Shown: positions 1-13,170 of the stretch, piece after piece
How the letters are laid out: each line of letters opens with the position of its first letter
Position numbering within the stretch: the stretch's first letter is position 1
Assembly (NCBI GenBank): GCA_002269645.1
Contig: NIVC01000006.1
Span: 992,001-1,056,000 of the forward strand
Length of the DNA: 64,000 bases
Origin: Macrostomum lignano
Lineage: Eukaryota
Direction of reading: 5' to 3'
Translations under genes and position numbers: made by a program
Notes under the pieces: model-generated
Told to the model about the DNA's origin: nothing
Databases searched by the model: none
Seen by the model: only the letters and a program-made list of their open reading frames with translations

Positions 1-141
1 AACAGATTAGATATCGTGTCTAACAGATATGGTTTTAGGTTTGATTGTGTCTAACAGGTACGCTGCACCTGTTCTAACTGTTAGATTACCCCTGCTTTCG
101 AATTAACTACTGTCGCTAATTTCTTATTATAACTTTGCCAG

Positions 142-591
142 GCACGTGAAGATCGGCCAGGTGCACAAGTTCACGGTGATCCAGATTGCCTGCCTGGTCG
201 TGCTGTGGGTGGTGAAGGCCATCAAAGCCATCTCCATCCTGTTCCCCATCATGGTGCTGGCCATGTGCTTCATTCGCAAGGCGCTCGACTTCGTGTTCGA
301 TCAGTCGGAATTGAAATGGATCGACGACATCATGCCGCCGATCACGGTCAGCCTTGGCAGGAAACGCAATTCTGGTGACGAAGGCGGCGCCGCTTCTGGC
401 GCGCCTGGCGCCGCTAGCTCGGGCCGTCAGCCAATCACCATCGAGCTGGACATAGACCTCAAGCAGCCGGCTGCTGCAACCCAGCACTTCAACGTTTCCA
501 ACGAAGTGGACAGAACCTCAATTTGGAAGAATCTCACTGGGGCTGGCGGCAATGCTGACGGAGGAAAATCTTCTAAAAAACAAAAGAAAAA
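142..591 (+). CDS. SLC4A: SLC4 family bicarbonate transporter/anion exchanger, penultimate exon (5' exons lie outside the window)
   Basis: Acceptor ccag|G at 141/142. Reads (R)HVKIGQVHKFTVIQIACLVVLWVVK...ILFPIMVLAMCFIRKALDFVFDQSELKWIDDIMP, matching the SLC4 C-terminal TM signature (RHVPLRRVHLFT...DDVIP). Donor AA|GTGAGA at 591/592. Paralog not assignable. Confidence 0.9.
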
Positions 592-654
592 GTGAGAAAA
601 GGGATAAAATTGTATTTTTTATAAATTTTTATAAAAGCTATGGGGACAATGGAA

Positions 655-1108
655 GGGAGGAGAGGAGGGAAGAGAGGAGGGGAGAGAGGAGGGGAGAGAG
701 GAGGGGAGAGAGGAGGGTAGAGAGGAGGGGAGAGAGGAGGGTAGAGAAGAGGGAAAAGAGGAGGGGAGAGAGGAGGGGAGAGAGGAGGGGAGAGAGGAGG
801 GGAGAGAGGAGGGGAGAGAGGAGGGAAAAAGGAGGGGAGAGAGGAGGGGAGAGAGGAGGGCAGAGAGGAGGGGAGAGAGGAGGGAAAAAGTAGGGGAGAG
901 AGGAGGGGAGAGAGGAGGGGAGAGAGGAGGGGAGAGAGGAGGGGAGAGAGGAGGGGAGAGAGGAGGGGAGAGAGGAGGGCGGAGAGGAGGGCAGAGAGGA
1001 GGGGAGAGAGGAGGGAAAAAGGAGGGGAGAGAGGAGGGGAGAGAGGAGGGGAGAGAGGAGGGGAGAGAGGAGGGCGGAGAGGAGGGCAGAGAGGAGGGGA
1101 GAGAGGAA
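655..1108 (+). repeat. Purine-rich 12-bp minisatellite (GGAGAGAGGAGG)n in SLC4 intron
   Basis: Tandem GAGAGGAGGGGA units filling the intron. Confidence 0.9.
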
Positions 1109-1175
1109 ATGCGACACGAAATAGCAGTCAAAATCCAATACAAAATGAATGTAAAATTACCTAATTCGAACATAG

Positions 1176-1353
1176 AAGCTCCAAAAAGGCATCGAGTTCA
1201 TCGGCCGCCGGTGGCAACGAAGACGTCGGAGGCGCCGGAAAGCTCGACGACGCCGACAAGGAGGCCGCGGAGGCTCTGCTGAAGATGCCGGAGATCGTCG
1301 TGGAGCCGCCGTCCGGGTGCAACTCGCCGGAGCGGCGCTCTTCCAATGCCTGA
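1176..1353 (+). CDS. SLC4A: SLC4 transporter terminal exon (cytoplasmic tail)
   Basis: Acceptor catag| at 1175 is phase-compatible with the 591 donor (AA+A=Lys). GC-rich open frame SSKKASSSSAAGGNEDV...PEIVVEPPSGCNSPERRSSNA* with TGA at 1351-1353. Confidence 0.75.
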
Positions 1354-1363
1354 GGATTTGATT

Positions 1364-1448
1364 GATAGCTTGACCGGTTAATTGATTGATTTATTGATTG
1401 GTTGATTGATTGATTGATTGATTAATTTCATGACTGATTAATTTGTTA

Positions 1449-1480
<32 letters not shown>

Positions 1481-1509
1481 GTTGGTTGATTGATTGATTG
1501 GTTGGTTGG

Positions 1510-1552
<43 letters not shown>

Positions 1553-1636
1553 GTTGGTTTATTGATTGATTAATTGATTGATTGATTGATTGATTGGTTG
1601 GTTGATTGATTGATTGATTGATAGCTTGACCGGTTA

Positions 1637-1723
<87 letters not shown>

Positions 1724-1756
1724 AGTTGATTGATTGATTGATAGCTTGACCGGTAA

Positions 1757-1807
<51 letters not shown>

Positions 1808-1842
1808 AATTGATTAGTTGATTGATTGATTGATTGGTTGGC

Positions 1843-1879
<37 letters not shown>

Positions 1880-1984
1880 TAATGACTGATTAATTTGTTA
1901 ATTGATTGATTGATTGATTGGTTGGTTGGTTGGTTGATTGATTGATTTATTGATTGATAGCTTGACCGGTTAATTGATTGATTT

Positions 1985-2036
<52 letters not shown>

Positions 2037-2170
2037 GTTGGTTTATTGATTGATTGATTGATTGGTTGGTTGGTTGGTTGGTTGGTTGGTTGGTTGGTTG
2101 ATTCATTGATTGATTGATTGATTGATCGATTGATTGATTGAGTGATTGATTTATTGGTTGGTTGATTGAT
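1364..2170. repeat. (GATT)n/(GGTT)n microsatellite
   Basis: Tetranucleotide array with recurring GATAGCTTGACCGGT interruptions near 1364, 1620, 1740 and 1956. Confidence 0.95.
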
Positions 2171-2666
2171 GACTTACTGATAGACCAATTCGTGGAAGGA
2201 ATACTTGGTGTTGTCTCATCGATTGGCAAGTTGATTTGATTTATCAATTAAATAGTTTACTGACTTTTTTATTAATTGGGTAATTTTTTGCTCAATTAGT
2301 CAGCTGATTAATTGAGTGATAGATTGCTCAATTGATCAAATCAGTTGATGGATAAGTTAACCAACTGAGCGAACTCAATGATTCGCTAAACAATATGTTT
2401 ACAAATTGGTCAATCCGATTTATGATTGCTAATTGAATGCTCTGAGCACAAACTGAGGTATTGAAAATGACGTGAATTTTTACGTTTATGTTCTGTAATT
2501 CATTGTAACATGTCGATGCTAATTTGACAAGAAAAATCAAGCAAGCTTAGAATTTTGTTCTAGTGAAATATTTTATAGTGAACTCTTTACATAGAATAGC
2601 ATTGTGAATCTCACTTACCTTGATCTCTCATTATTAATCTCCATGTAGAATCATCGATCTCTTTTA

Positions 2667-2972
2667 TTGATAATCTCAGCCCTAGACATATCAAATCTTT
2701 ATTTGATAATCTCACCCCTAAAGTTATCAAATCTTTATTTGATAATCTCACCCGTAGAGGTATCAAATCTATATTCGATAATCTCACCCCTAAAGTTATC
2801 AAATCTCTATTTGATAATCTCACCCCTAAAGTTATCAAATCTCTATTTGATAATCTCACCCCTAAAGTTATCAAATCTCTATTTGATAATCTCACCCCTA
2901 AAGTTATCAAATCTCTATTTGATAATCTCACCCCTAAAGTTATCAAATCTCTATTTGATAATCTCACCCCAG
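2667..2972. repeat. 36-bp minisatellite with internal inverted repeat
   Basis: Unit TTGATAATCTCACCCCTAAAGTTATCAAATCTCTAT, about 8 copies; TTGATAA...TTATCAA arms in each unit. Confidence 0.95.
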
Positions 2973-4286
2973 ATAAGTATTGAATGTATTAATCCTCTTC
3001 ACAGATACAAATACTGATTGGTGTTACAGACTTGCTGTTCTTTAAGTGTTTTTTTTTCAATAAATTTTCATTAAAATGCTTTGTTTGAATGTAGTTATAT
3101 TTTTCTGCACAAGATTTGCTAATGTTCCGTCACCATCGAACAACTTCGTTTTTATAGACATGAAATTTCATCACAGTTTGATCATAAGATTTGTACAAAC
3201 TTCTCTCCTCTTTAGCGACTCAATCTGTGAATTCGTAAAATAAATTCTGCAATATGCACCAGCGCTTGACCCACAAAATGACCCAGACTATAATTTAGAA
3301 CCAGTCATACAAAATCATAAATCAAATTGCATGACCATTGTGACACTTATGTCACTAATTATTTAACTATTTTTTCCAAAATATTGTTCAAACCTTTACT
3401 CAGTTTAGACTATAAAGTATTTTTGCAATAATTAAATATACAATAAATAAACATGCTTTTAGACTACTTGCGACCGATTCTAATCAGTAGTTAGTAAGCA
3501 TTTTTCCGACTGTAACGCACAAAATTTGGAGATTAGTTCAAGAATCGCCACGCGTAAAATTATTCAATCTAGCTGATTTCACCGTTATAGTTGAAGGAAA
3601 TTTTTACCATTTTTGCACCTTGATCGCTACCCGCTGATTAAAAATTAAATCTTACTACTGTCACAAGTAGAAGTAGTACACGCGCACGCTGAGATGTTGA
3701 GAACTGCGTACTGTGCAACGTATCAAATATAGTAGCCAACTTAATGCTCACGCGTCTCATACTAAATATCTTTGTTATCATAACTGCAGTCTTTCAACAC
3801 TTGGATTTGTTTATTTGAAAATTTAAAGTGGGTTTGGGCTTCAGCTGCCGCTAAAAATTGAATTATTTGTTTAAAATGTGTGGACTTGATAATCCCTTCC
3901 TTGATAATCCCTCCCTTAATAATCCTTCCCTTGATAATCTCTCCCTTGGTAATTTCTTCCTTTATAATCTCTCATTAGAAAATGCTAATGTTTTATTAAG
4001 TCAAAATGTTTTCAGAGGTACAAAATTTGTACCAATAATTTTATTGAAAATTTATTTAGCTGATGGCAAAACTATAGCTGCGTAGGCAGGTGAAAAATTG
4101 TAATATTACAGGTAAATATTTTACACTATTCGTACGAGTCGTACTTAAATAGCAAGCAGTTAAATCATTACGCATTAATTTGAGCAATTAGTAGAGAACT
4201 GTACAAAATTATTCGGTCTCACGCTGCACTACTAACAGTATCAAACACGCGCATGTGTTGACTAATTTTATAATTTAGGAAAAAAA

Positions 4287-4374
4287 TTAAAACGAATACG
4301 GCCGATTGATGTCGTAAAACTGTCCGTCCATAGTTGAAGCTTCATCCGGTGTCGATGCTTGAAAAGTTGGTTGG

Positions 4375-4405
<31 letters not shown>

Positions 4406-4829
4406 AATTCCAGTTGTTATAGCTAACTTCTTGCTGTTGTTGCTGTTGCTGAAAGCAACAAGACTGGCAATAGCAGATGCTCTCAATAAAACTGCAACAA
4501 GTTGCAGATGCAGCCGGGGGAGGCTGGGCAGCTTGGGCGGCGTCCAGGCGCCTCAAAGTGTCGGACAGCCAGGCGATGTACTCGTAGGCGGTGCGCAGGG
4601 TCTCGATCTTGGTCAGGCGGGTCTCGTGCTGGCCCATGCTGGGCAGGGCTTGCCGCAGCGTCTCCAGGGCGTCGTTCAGGCCGTGCATCCGGTTGCGCTC
4701 GCGATCGTTCGCCTTCATCCTGCGGAGGCGCTTCAGCCTCTGCTGCTGCGGCTGCGGCTGCGGCTTTGGTCGGCGGTCAGACTGTGGAGCAGGCGACGAA
4801 CTGCATGACATCGCGGCTTCCGAGTTCAT
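4287..4829 (-). CDS. NEUROG: Neurogenin-type proneural bHLH transcription factor, single coding exon, 180 aa
   Basis: [28 protein letters not shown]...[23 protein letters not shown] matches the neurogenin bHLH ([20 protein letters not shown]...[18 protein letters not shown]). ATG at 4829-4827, TAA at 4289-4287. Confidence 0.92.
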
Positions 4830-4871
4830 TGTTGAGCTGCTGTCTGAGGATTGATGGAGATTGGGGTATAG

Positions 4872-5875
4872 GTTAGAATCCTGTAGATAGATTAGACTCC
4901 TGTTAGATAGGTTAGAATCCTGTTAGATAGATTAGAATCCTGTTATATAGATTAGAATCCTGTAGATAGATTAGAATCATGTTAGATAGATTAGAATCCT
5001 GTTAGATAGATTAGACTCCTGTTAGATAGATTAGAATCCTGTTAGATAGATTAGACTCCTGTTAGATAGATTAGAATCCTGTTAAGATAGATTAGAATAC
5101 TGTTAAGATAGATTAGAATACTGTTAGATAGATTAGAATACTGTTAGATAGATTAGAATCCTGTTAGATAGATTAGAATACTGTTAAGATAGATTAGAAT
5201 ACTGTTAAGATAGATTAGAATACTGTTAAGATAGATTAGAATCCTGTTAGATAGATTAGAATACTGTTAAGATAGATTAGAATACTGTTAGATAGATTAG
5301 AATACTGTTAGATAGATTAGAATCCTGTTAGATAGATTAGAATCCTGTTAGATAGATTAGAATCCTGTTAGATAGATTAGAATACTGTTAAGATAGATTA
5401 GAATCCTGTTAGATAGATTAGAATACTGTTAGATAGATTAGAATCCTGTTAGATAGATTAGAATCCTGTTAGATAGATTAGAATCCTGTTAGATAGATTA
5501 GAATACTGTTAAGATAGATTAGAATCCTGTTAGATAGATTAGAATCCTGTTAGATAGATTAGAATCCTGTTAGATAGATTAGAATACTGTTAGATAGATT
5601 AGAATCCTGTTAAGATAGATTAGAATCCTGTTAGATAGATTAGAATCATGTTAGACAGATTAGAATCCTGTTAGATAGATTAGAATACTGTTAGATAGAT
5701 TAGAATCCTGTTAGATAGATTAGAATCCTGTTAGATAGATTAGAATCCTGTTAGATAGATTAGAATACTGTTAAGATAGATTAGAATCCTGTTAGATAGA
5801 TTAGAATCCTGTTAGATAGATTAGAATCCCTGTTAGACAGATTAGAATCCTGATAGATAGACTAGAATCCTGTTA
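4872..5875. repeat. 20/21-bp minisatellite upstream of neurogenin ATG
   Basis: Unit GTTAGATAGATTAGAATCCT, about 50 copies. Confidence 0.95.
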
Positions 5876-6339
5876 TGCAGTTCTTTGCCTTGACAGGGAT
5901 CAGTTGTTTCATTACTCACTTAATTATTGCGTCATTGTGCGACACTTATAAACCCCAGCCTCACTGCAGCATCTGAACCTCCCGCCTGACACACTTTGGG
6001 TGGCGCAGAAATCAGGCATGCAGATATTTAATGCCTTTTTGATCTCACCTCCGCCCTCGCACGCATGCGCCATTTAATGGGATGCTCGCACGCGAACGGT
6101 CAAAATAGAAATTTGGAAAGTGACGACTTTTGTTTAAAACAAGCCGACTAACTGCATGTCCTTGCTAATAGCGATTGCGCAACGATGCCGAATAGCGCTT
6201 AAAGATTTTTGTGTTTTTCATCACCTTCTCTCATTTTCTGGTCAATTTGTTGGAATTCTTTTGCTTTCTGTTTAACTCATGTGTCTATTGAGCATCACGT
6301 GGCGCTGAAATGCAGATCTCCGCATGGAGTGAACTGGGG

Positions 6340-6957
6340 AGCCAACTGGGGGAGGGCAACTGGGGGGCGCCAATTGGAGGGGGGCGCCAACTAGGGGGGC
6401 GCCAATTGGGGGGGCGCCAACTGGGGACGCCAACTGGGGGAGGGCAACTGGGGGAGCGCCAACTGGGCACCTAAAAGAGACAGGGGCGCCCACCTAAGAG
6501 ACAGGGGCGCCCACCTAAGAGACAGGGGCGCCCACCTAAGAGACAGGGGCGCCCACCTAAGAGACAGGGGCGCCCACCTAAGAGACAGGGGCGCCCACCT
6601 GAGAGACAGGGGCGCCCACCTAAGAGACAGGGGCGCGCACCTAAGAGACAGGGGCGCCCACCTAAGAGACAGGGGCGCCCACCCGAGAGACAGGGGCGCC
6701 AACCTAAGAGACAGGGGCGCCCACCTGAGAGACAGGGGCGCCCACCTAAGAGACAGGGGCGCCCACCTAAGAGACAGGGGCGCGCACCTAAGAGACAGGG
6801 GCGCCCACCAAAGAGACAGGGGCGCCCACCTAAGAGACAGGGGCGCCCACCTAAGAGACAGGGGCGCCCACCCGAGAGACAGGGGTTCTCACCAAGAGAC
6901 AGGGGGCGCCCACCTAAGAGACAGGGGCGCCCACCCGAGAGACAGGGGGCGCCCACC
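6340..6957. repeat. GC-rich compound minisatellite (GCGCCAACTGGGGG then 21-bp CACCTAAGAGACAGGGGCGCC)
   Basis: Two abutting tandem arrays sharing the GGGGCGCC core. Confidence 0.9.
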
Positions 6958-7957
6958 ATGACATTAATGATTGGCGCCCCTTAGGGTTGCGGTGCCTCCA
7001 ATTAATTCCTATGTACACCACTGACTGGGAGGGGCGCTAACTGGGCTGAACTTTTGATGAGCCACAATTGCCTAAGTTTTGCATAGCTGGTGTGTGCAAA
7101 CATTCATAAATACTCAAATCAAATTTTGCAACACACTCACCCTGATTGACAGTGCAGGAAGCGGCGAGAGCAAACCTCGGATCGAAGTCTTGCATAATTC
7201 GATGATAATTTAATTGAGACGGGAATGCAGAAATTCTCTCGGTTATCGAGGCTGGCTCTGTCTACTCTGCTTGAGACTTCTGAGATCGGTCTTATTCCCC
7301 TTTCCTACTTCTCTGTTCCCTTCGCTTTTAGCTTTGCTCAACTGGGAATCTGGAGGAGGGGGGGCGGGGATGGAGGCTGGTTGGAGGAGAGGCAGCGGAG
7401 GCGGCGGCGGCTGGCGGAAGAAAAATCCCCAATTGGGATCTGTGCGGGTTCTCAAGATTTTGAGAAACGGCTGTCATTGGCTGGAAGTTGGTTAGGGGGG
7501 GTTGAGGTTGTGTGTCGCAAAGCAGCGTTGGGTCCTGTTTTGATCAAGGGGTCCGGAACACTATGTTTTACTTCAAGTGCCAGGAAAAAATCCGAGAAAC
7601 GGACAGGGGAAAGTCGCGAGAGATGAAATAGGAAGAGAAATGAGATGAGATCTTAAATGAGACAGGAGAAAAGAGAGAACAGAGGAGAGAAGAGAGGAGA
7701 GAAGAGACGCGAACATTGAGCGGGCGGGATTGCCATTGTGAAGTTTCAAAGGACCAGAGGGCCGGATAGAGAGGCTTTGCGGGCCGACCCCTTGCCCTTG
7801 CGTCAGGCCGATAGATCTGACTACTGTATAAACTGTTTCTTTCATTGTAACAAAAATATAAAATTTGTACAGACTAATGGCGTATGTATAAGATATATGT
7901 ATATCAAATTAGCTATCATGCTTATTAGCTAATCTGACTATTTTTAAACTAAAACCA

Positions 7958-8640
7958 GAGTGACAATACAATCAGAGTGACAATGCAATCAGAGTGACAA
8001 TATAATCAGAGTGACAATACAATCAGAGTGACAATACAATCAGGGTGACAATGCAATCAGGGTGACAATACAATCAGGGCGACAATATCAGAGTGACAAT
8101 ATAATCAGAGTGACAATGCAATCGGAGTGACAATACAATCAGAGTGACAATACAATCAGAGTGACAATGCAATCAGAGTGACAATGCAATCAGAGTGACA
8201 ATGCAATCAGAGTGACAATTCAATCAGAGTGACAATACAATCAGGGTGACAATGCAATCAGGGTGACAATACAATCAGGGCGACAAAACAATCAGAGTGA
8301 CAATACAATCAGAGTGACAATACAATCAGGGTGACAATGCAATCAGGGTGACAATACAATCAGGGCGACAATATCAGAGTGACAATACAATCAGAGTGAC
8401 AATGCAATCAGAGTGACAATACAATCGGAGTGACAATTCAATCAGAGTGACAATACAATCAGAGTGACAATACAATCAGAGTGACAATGCAATCAGAGTG
8501 ACAATGCAATCAGAGTGACAATTCAATCAGGGTGACAATACAATCAGAGTGACAATGCAATCAGGGTGAAAATACAATCAGGGTGACAAAACAATCAGGG
8601 TGACAATGCAATCAGGGTGAAAATACAATCAGGGTGACAA
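7958..8640. repeat. 17-bp satellite array A1
   Basis: Unit AGAGTGACAATACAATC with variants. Confidence 0.95.
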
Positions 8641-9416
8641 TCAATATTGCAAGAAGACATGTGTACATGGCAATAAAAAGACAAATCAAGGAGTCTTGTT
8701 TACTCTCAGCTGATGGAGAGTATGAGTGAAAATCGCAGAAGTGCATGACGTCTCCAATCTCAGTTTGTTTTGACCCCTGCAGACGTAAACAGATTATTAA
8801 TAAACAAACTTATATAATATCTTACTGTGTAAGAGAGACTGGGCCATCTGTATGATTTATAACTGACGCGTGGCAACCAACACCCTAGCAAGCAGCGGTG
8901 TGACAGATCACTTGTCAGTCAGTCAGGCCTCCTCATTCTCTTTATGTCTTAACGACAGCCAAAAAAGCATAATTCCTTATTCAAAAATACGAACCGCCTT
9001 TTACTATATAGCTGAGGCACCTGCTATATTACAATCTACAGACAGGCCCACCCACCCAGATGGAAATATGTGCGTGGGCGTTTGTGTATTGTATCCCATA
9101 TCATATCATATATTATTAATATAATAATCGGTTTCACCGACAAAAACCGTGGGCCCAGAGCGACATTTTGTTTTGAAAGAATCCACATATAGCCAAATCT
9201 GTGTGAAAGAAAGTCTGTTTAAATAAAATAAAAACTTCATCAATTCTCCAAATTTGGCTATTAAAAACATGCAGGCACTTAAATGTCTACGAAAATTATG
9301 TAAAAAGTTTGTACAGAGAAATCTGTTTTGCATTCTGCATTGCATAAACCGCGGTTTTACAAAATAGGCCCAAAAAAGATCCAGTCACTTAGTCAGATCA
9401 AATACCTCAGATCAAG

Positions 9417-12400
9417 ATACTTAATCGAGTGACAAGATGGTTAATCGAGTGACAAGATGGTTAATCGAGTGACAAGATACTTAATCGAGTGACAGGATGG
9501 TTAATCGAGTGACAAGATGGTTAATCGAGTGACAAGATGGTTAATCGAGTGACAAGATGGTTAATCGAGTGACAAGATGGTTAATCGAGTGACAAGATGG
9601 TTAATCGAGTGACAAGATGGTTAATCGAGTGACAAGATACTTAATCGAGTGACAGGATGGTTAATCGAGTGACAAGATGGTTAATCGAGTGACAAGATGG
9701 TTAATCGAGTGACAAGATGGTTAATCGAGTGACAAGATGGTTAATCGAGTGACAAGATGGTTAATCGAGTGACAAGATGGTTAATCGAGTGACAAGATGG
9801 TTAATCGAGTGACAAGATGGTTAATCGAGTGACAAGATGGTTAATCGAGTGACAAGATGGTTAATCGAGTGACAAGATGGTTAATCGAGTGACAAGATGG
9901 TTAATCGAGTGACAAGATGGTTAATCGAGTGACAAGATGGTTAATCGAGTGACAAGATGGTTAATCGAGTGACAAGATGGTTAATCGAGTGACAAGATGG
10001 TTAATCGAGTGACAAGATGGTTAATCGAGTGACAAGATGGTTAATCGAGTGACAAGATGGTTAATCGAGTGACAAGATGGTTAATCGAGTGACAAGATGG
10101 TTAATCGAGTGACAAGATGGTTAATCGAGTGACAAGATGGTTAATCGAGTGACAAGATGGTTAATCGAGTGACAAGATGGTTAATCGAGTGACAAGATGG
10201 TTAATCGAGTGACAAGATGGTTAATCGAGTGACAAGATGGTTAATCGAGTGACAAGATGGTTAATCGAGTGACAAGATGGTTAATCGAGTGACAAGATGG
10301 TTAATCGAGTGACAAGATGGTTAATCGAGTGACAAGATGGTTAATCGAGTGACAAGATGGTTAATCGAGTGACAAGATGGTTAATCGAGTGACAAGATGG
10401 TTAATCGAGTGACAAGATGGTTAATCGAGTGACAAGATGGTTAATCGAGTGACAAGATGGTTAATCGAGTGACAAGATGGTTAATCGAGTGACAAGATGG
10501 TTAATCGAGTGACAAGATGGTTAATCGAGTGACAAGATGGTTAATCGAGTGACAAGATGGTTAATCGAGTGACAAGATGGTTAATCGAGTGACAAGATGG
10601 TTAATCGAGTGACAAGATGGTTAATCGAGTGACAAGATGGTTAATCGAGTGACAAGATGGTTAATCGAGTGACAAGATGGTTAATCGAGTGACAAGATGG
10701 TTAATCGAGTGACAAGATGGTTAATCGAGTGACAAGATGGTTAATCGAGTGACAAGATGGTTAATCGAGTGACAAGATGGTTAATCGAGTGACAAGATGG
10801 TTAATCGAGTGACAAGATGGTTAATCGAGTGACAAGATGGTTAATCGAGTGACAAGATGGTTAATCGAGTGACAAGATGGTTAATCGAGTGACAAGATGG
10901 TTAATCGAGTGACAAGATGGTTAATCGAGTGACAAGATGGTTAATCGAGTGACAAGATGGTTAATCGAGTGACAAGATGGTTAATCGAGTGACAAGATGG
11001 TTAATCGAGTGACAAGATGGTTAATCGAGTGACAAGATGGTTAATCGAGTGACAAGATGGTTAATCGAGTGACAAGATGGTTAATCGAGTGACAAGATGG
11101 TTAATCGAGTGACAAGACGGTTAATCGAGTGACAAGATGGTTAATCGAGTGACAAGATGGTTAATCGAGTGACAAGATGGTTAATCGAGTGACAAGATGG
11201 TTAATCGAGTGACAAGATGGTTAATCGAGTGACAAGATGGTTAATCGAGTGACAAGATGGTTAATCGAGTGACAAGATGGTTAATCGAGTGACAAGATGG
11301 TTAATCGAGTGACAAGATGGTTAATCGAGTGACAAGATGGTTAATCGAGTGACAAGATGGTTAATCGAGTGACAAGATGGTTAATCGAGTGACAAGATGG
11401 TTAATCGAGTGACAAGATGGTTAATCGAGTGACAAGATGGTTAATCGAGTGACAAGATGGTTAATCGAGTGACAAGATGGTTAATCGAGTAACAAGATGG
11501 TTAATCGAGTGACAAGATGGTTAATCGAGTGAAAAGATGGTTAATCGAGTGACAAGATGGTTAATCGAGTGACAAGATGGTTAATCGAGTGACAAGATGG
11601 TTAATCGAGTGATAAGATGGTTAATCGAGTGACAAGATGGTTAATCGAGTGACAAGATGGTTAATCGAGTGACAAGATGGTTAATCGAGTGACAAGATGG
11701 TTAATCGAGTGATAAGATGGTTAATCGAGTGACAAGATGGTTAATCGAGTGATAAGATGGTTAATCGAGTGACAAGATGGTTAATCGAGTGACAAGATGG
11801 TTAATCGAGTGACAAGATGGTTAATCGAGTGACAAGATGGTTAATCGAGTGACAAGATGGTTAATCGAGTGACAAGATGGTTAATCGAGTGACAAGATGG
11901 TTAATCGAGTGACAAGACGGTTAATCGAGTGACAAGATGGTTAATCGAGTGACAAGATGGTTAATCGAGTGACAAGATGGTTAATCGAGTGACAAGATGG
12001 TTAATCGAGTGACAAGATGGTTAATCGAGTGACAAGATGGTTAATCGAGTGACAAGATGGTTAATCGAGTGACAAGATGGTTAATCGAGTGACAAGATGG
12101 TTAATCGAGTGACAAGATGGTTAATCGAGTGACAAGATGGTTAATCGAGTGACAAGATGGTTAATCGAGTGACAAGATGGTTAATCGAGTGACAAGATGG
12201 TTAATCGAGTGACAAGATGGTTAATCGAGTGACAAGATGGTTAATCGAGTGACAAGATGGTTAATCGAGTGACAAGATGGTTAATCGAGTAACAAGATGG
12301 TTAATCGAGTGACAAGATGGTTAATCGAGTGAAAAGATGGTTAATCGAGTGACAAGATGGTTAATCGAGTGACAAGATGGTTAATCGAGTGACAAGATGG

Positions 12401-12590
12401 TTAATCGAGTGATAAGATGGTTAATCGAGTGACAAGATGGTTAATCGAGTGACAAGATGGTTAATCGAGTGACAAGATGGTTAATCGAGTGACAAGATGG
12501 TTAATCGAGTGATAAGATGGTTAATCGAGTGACAAGATGGTTAATCGAGTGATAAGATGGTTAATCGAGTGACAAGATAGTTAATCGAAT
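9417..12590. repeat. 20-bp homogeneous satellite, about 158 copies
   Basis: Unit TTAATCGAGTGACAAGATGG, near-perfect, no spacers. Confidence 0.98.
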
Positions 12591-13170
12591 GACAATACAA
12601 TCAGAGTGACAATGCAATCAGAGTGACAATACAATCAGAGTGACAAAACAATCAGAGTGACAATGCGATCAGAGTGGCAATACAATCAGAGTGACAATAC
12701 AATCAGAGTGACAAAACAATCAGAGTGACAATGCGATCAGAGTGACAATACAATCAGAGTGACAATACAATCAGAGTGACAATACAATCAGAGTGACAAT
12801 ACAATCAGAGTGACAATACAATCAGAGTGACAATACAATCAGAATGACAATACAATCAGAGTGACAAAACAATCAGAGTGACAATACAAGAGTGACAATA
12901 CAATCAGAGTGACAATACAATCAGAGTGACAATACAATCAGAATGACAATACAATCAGAGTGACAAAACAATCAGAGTGACAATACAATCAGAGTGACAA
13001 TACAATCAGAATGACAATACAATCAGAGTGACAAAACAATCAGAGTGACAATACAAGAGTGACAATACAATCAGAGTGACAATGCAATCAGAGTGACAAA
13101 ACAATCAGAGTGACAATACAAGAGTGACAATACAATCAGAGTGACAATGCAATCAGAGTGAAAATGCAAT
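12591..13170. repeat. 17-bp satellite array A2
   Basis: Same unit as 7958-8640, directly fused to the end of the 20-mer array. Confidence 0.95.

Noticed and set aside
4359-4876. Plus-strand ORFs overlapping neurogenin
   Set aside because: Antisense shadow ORFs of a GC-rich CDS with no independent motif; the same applies to ORFs opposite the SLC4, PAXX, coiled-coil and ADPGK exons.
6960-7023. CAGTGGTGTA hAT-like end adjoining the GGGGCGCC arrays
   Set aside because: No matching opposite TIR or TSD was found, so it is not called as an element.
9417-12590. 20-bp array as a CRISPR locus
   Set aside because: Head-to-tail identical units with no spacers, no cas genes, and a eukaryotic context.
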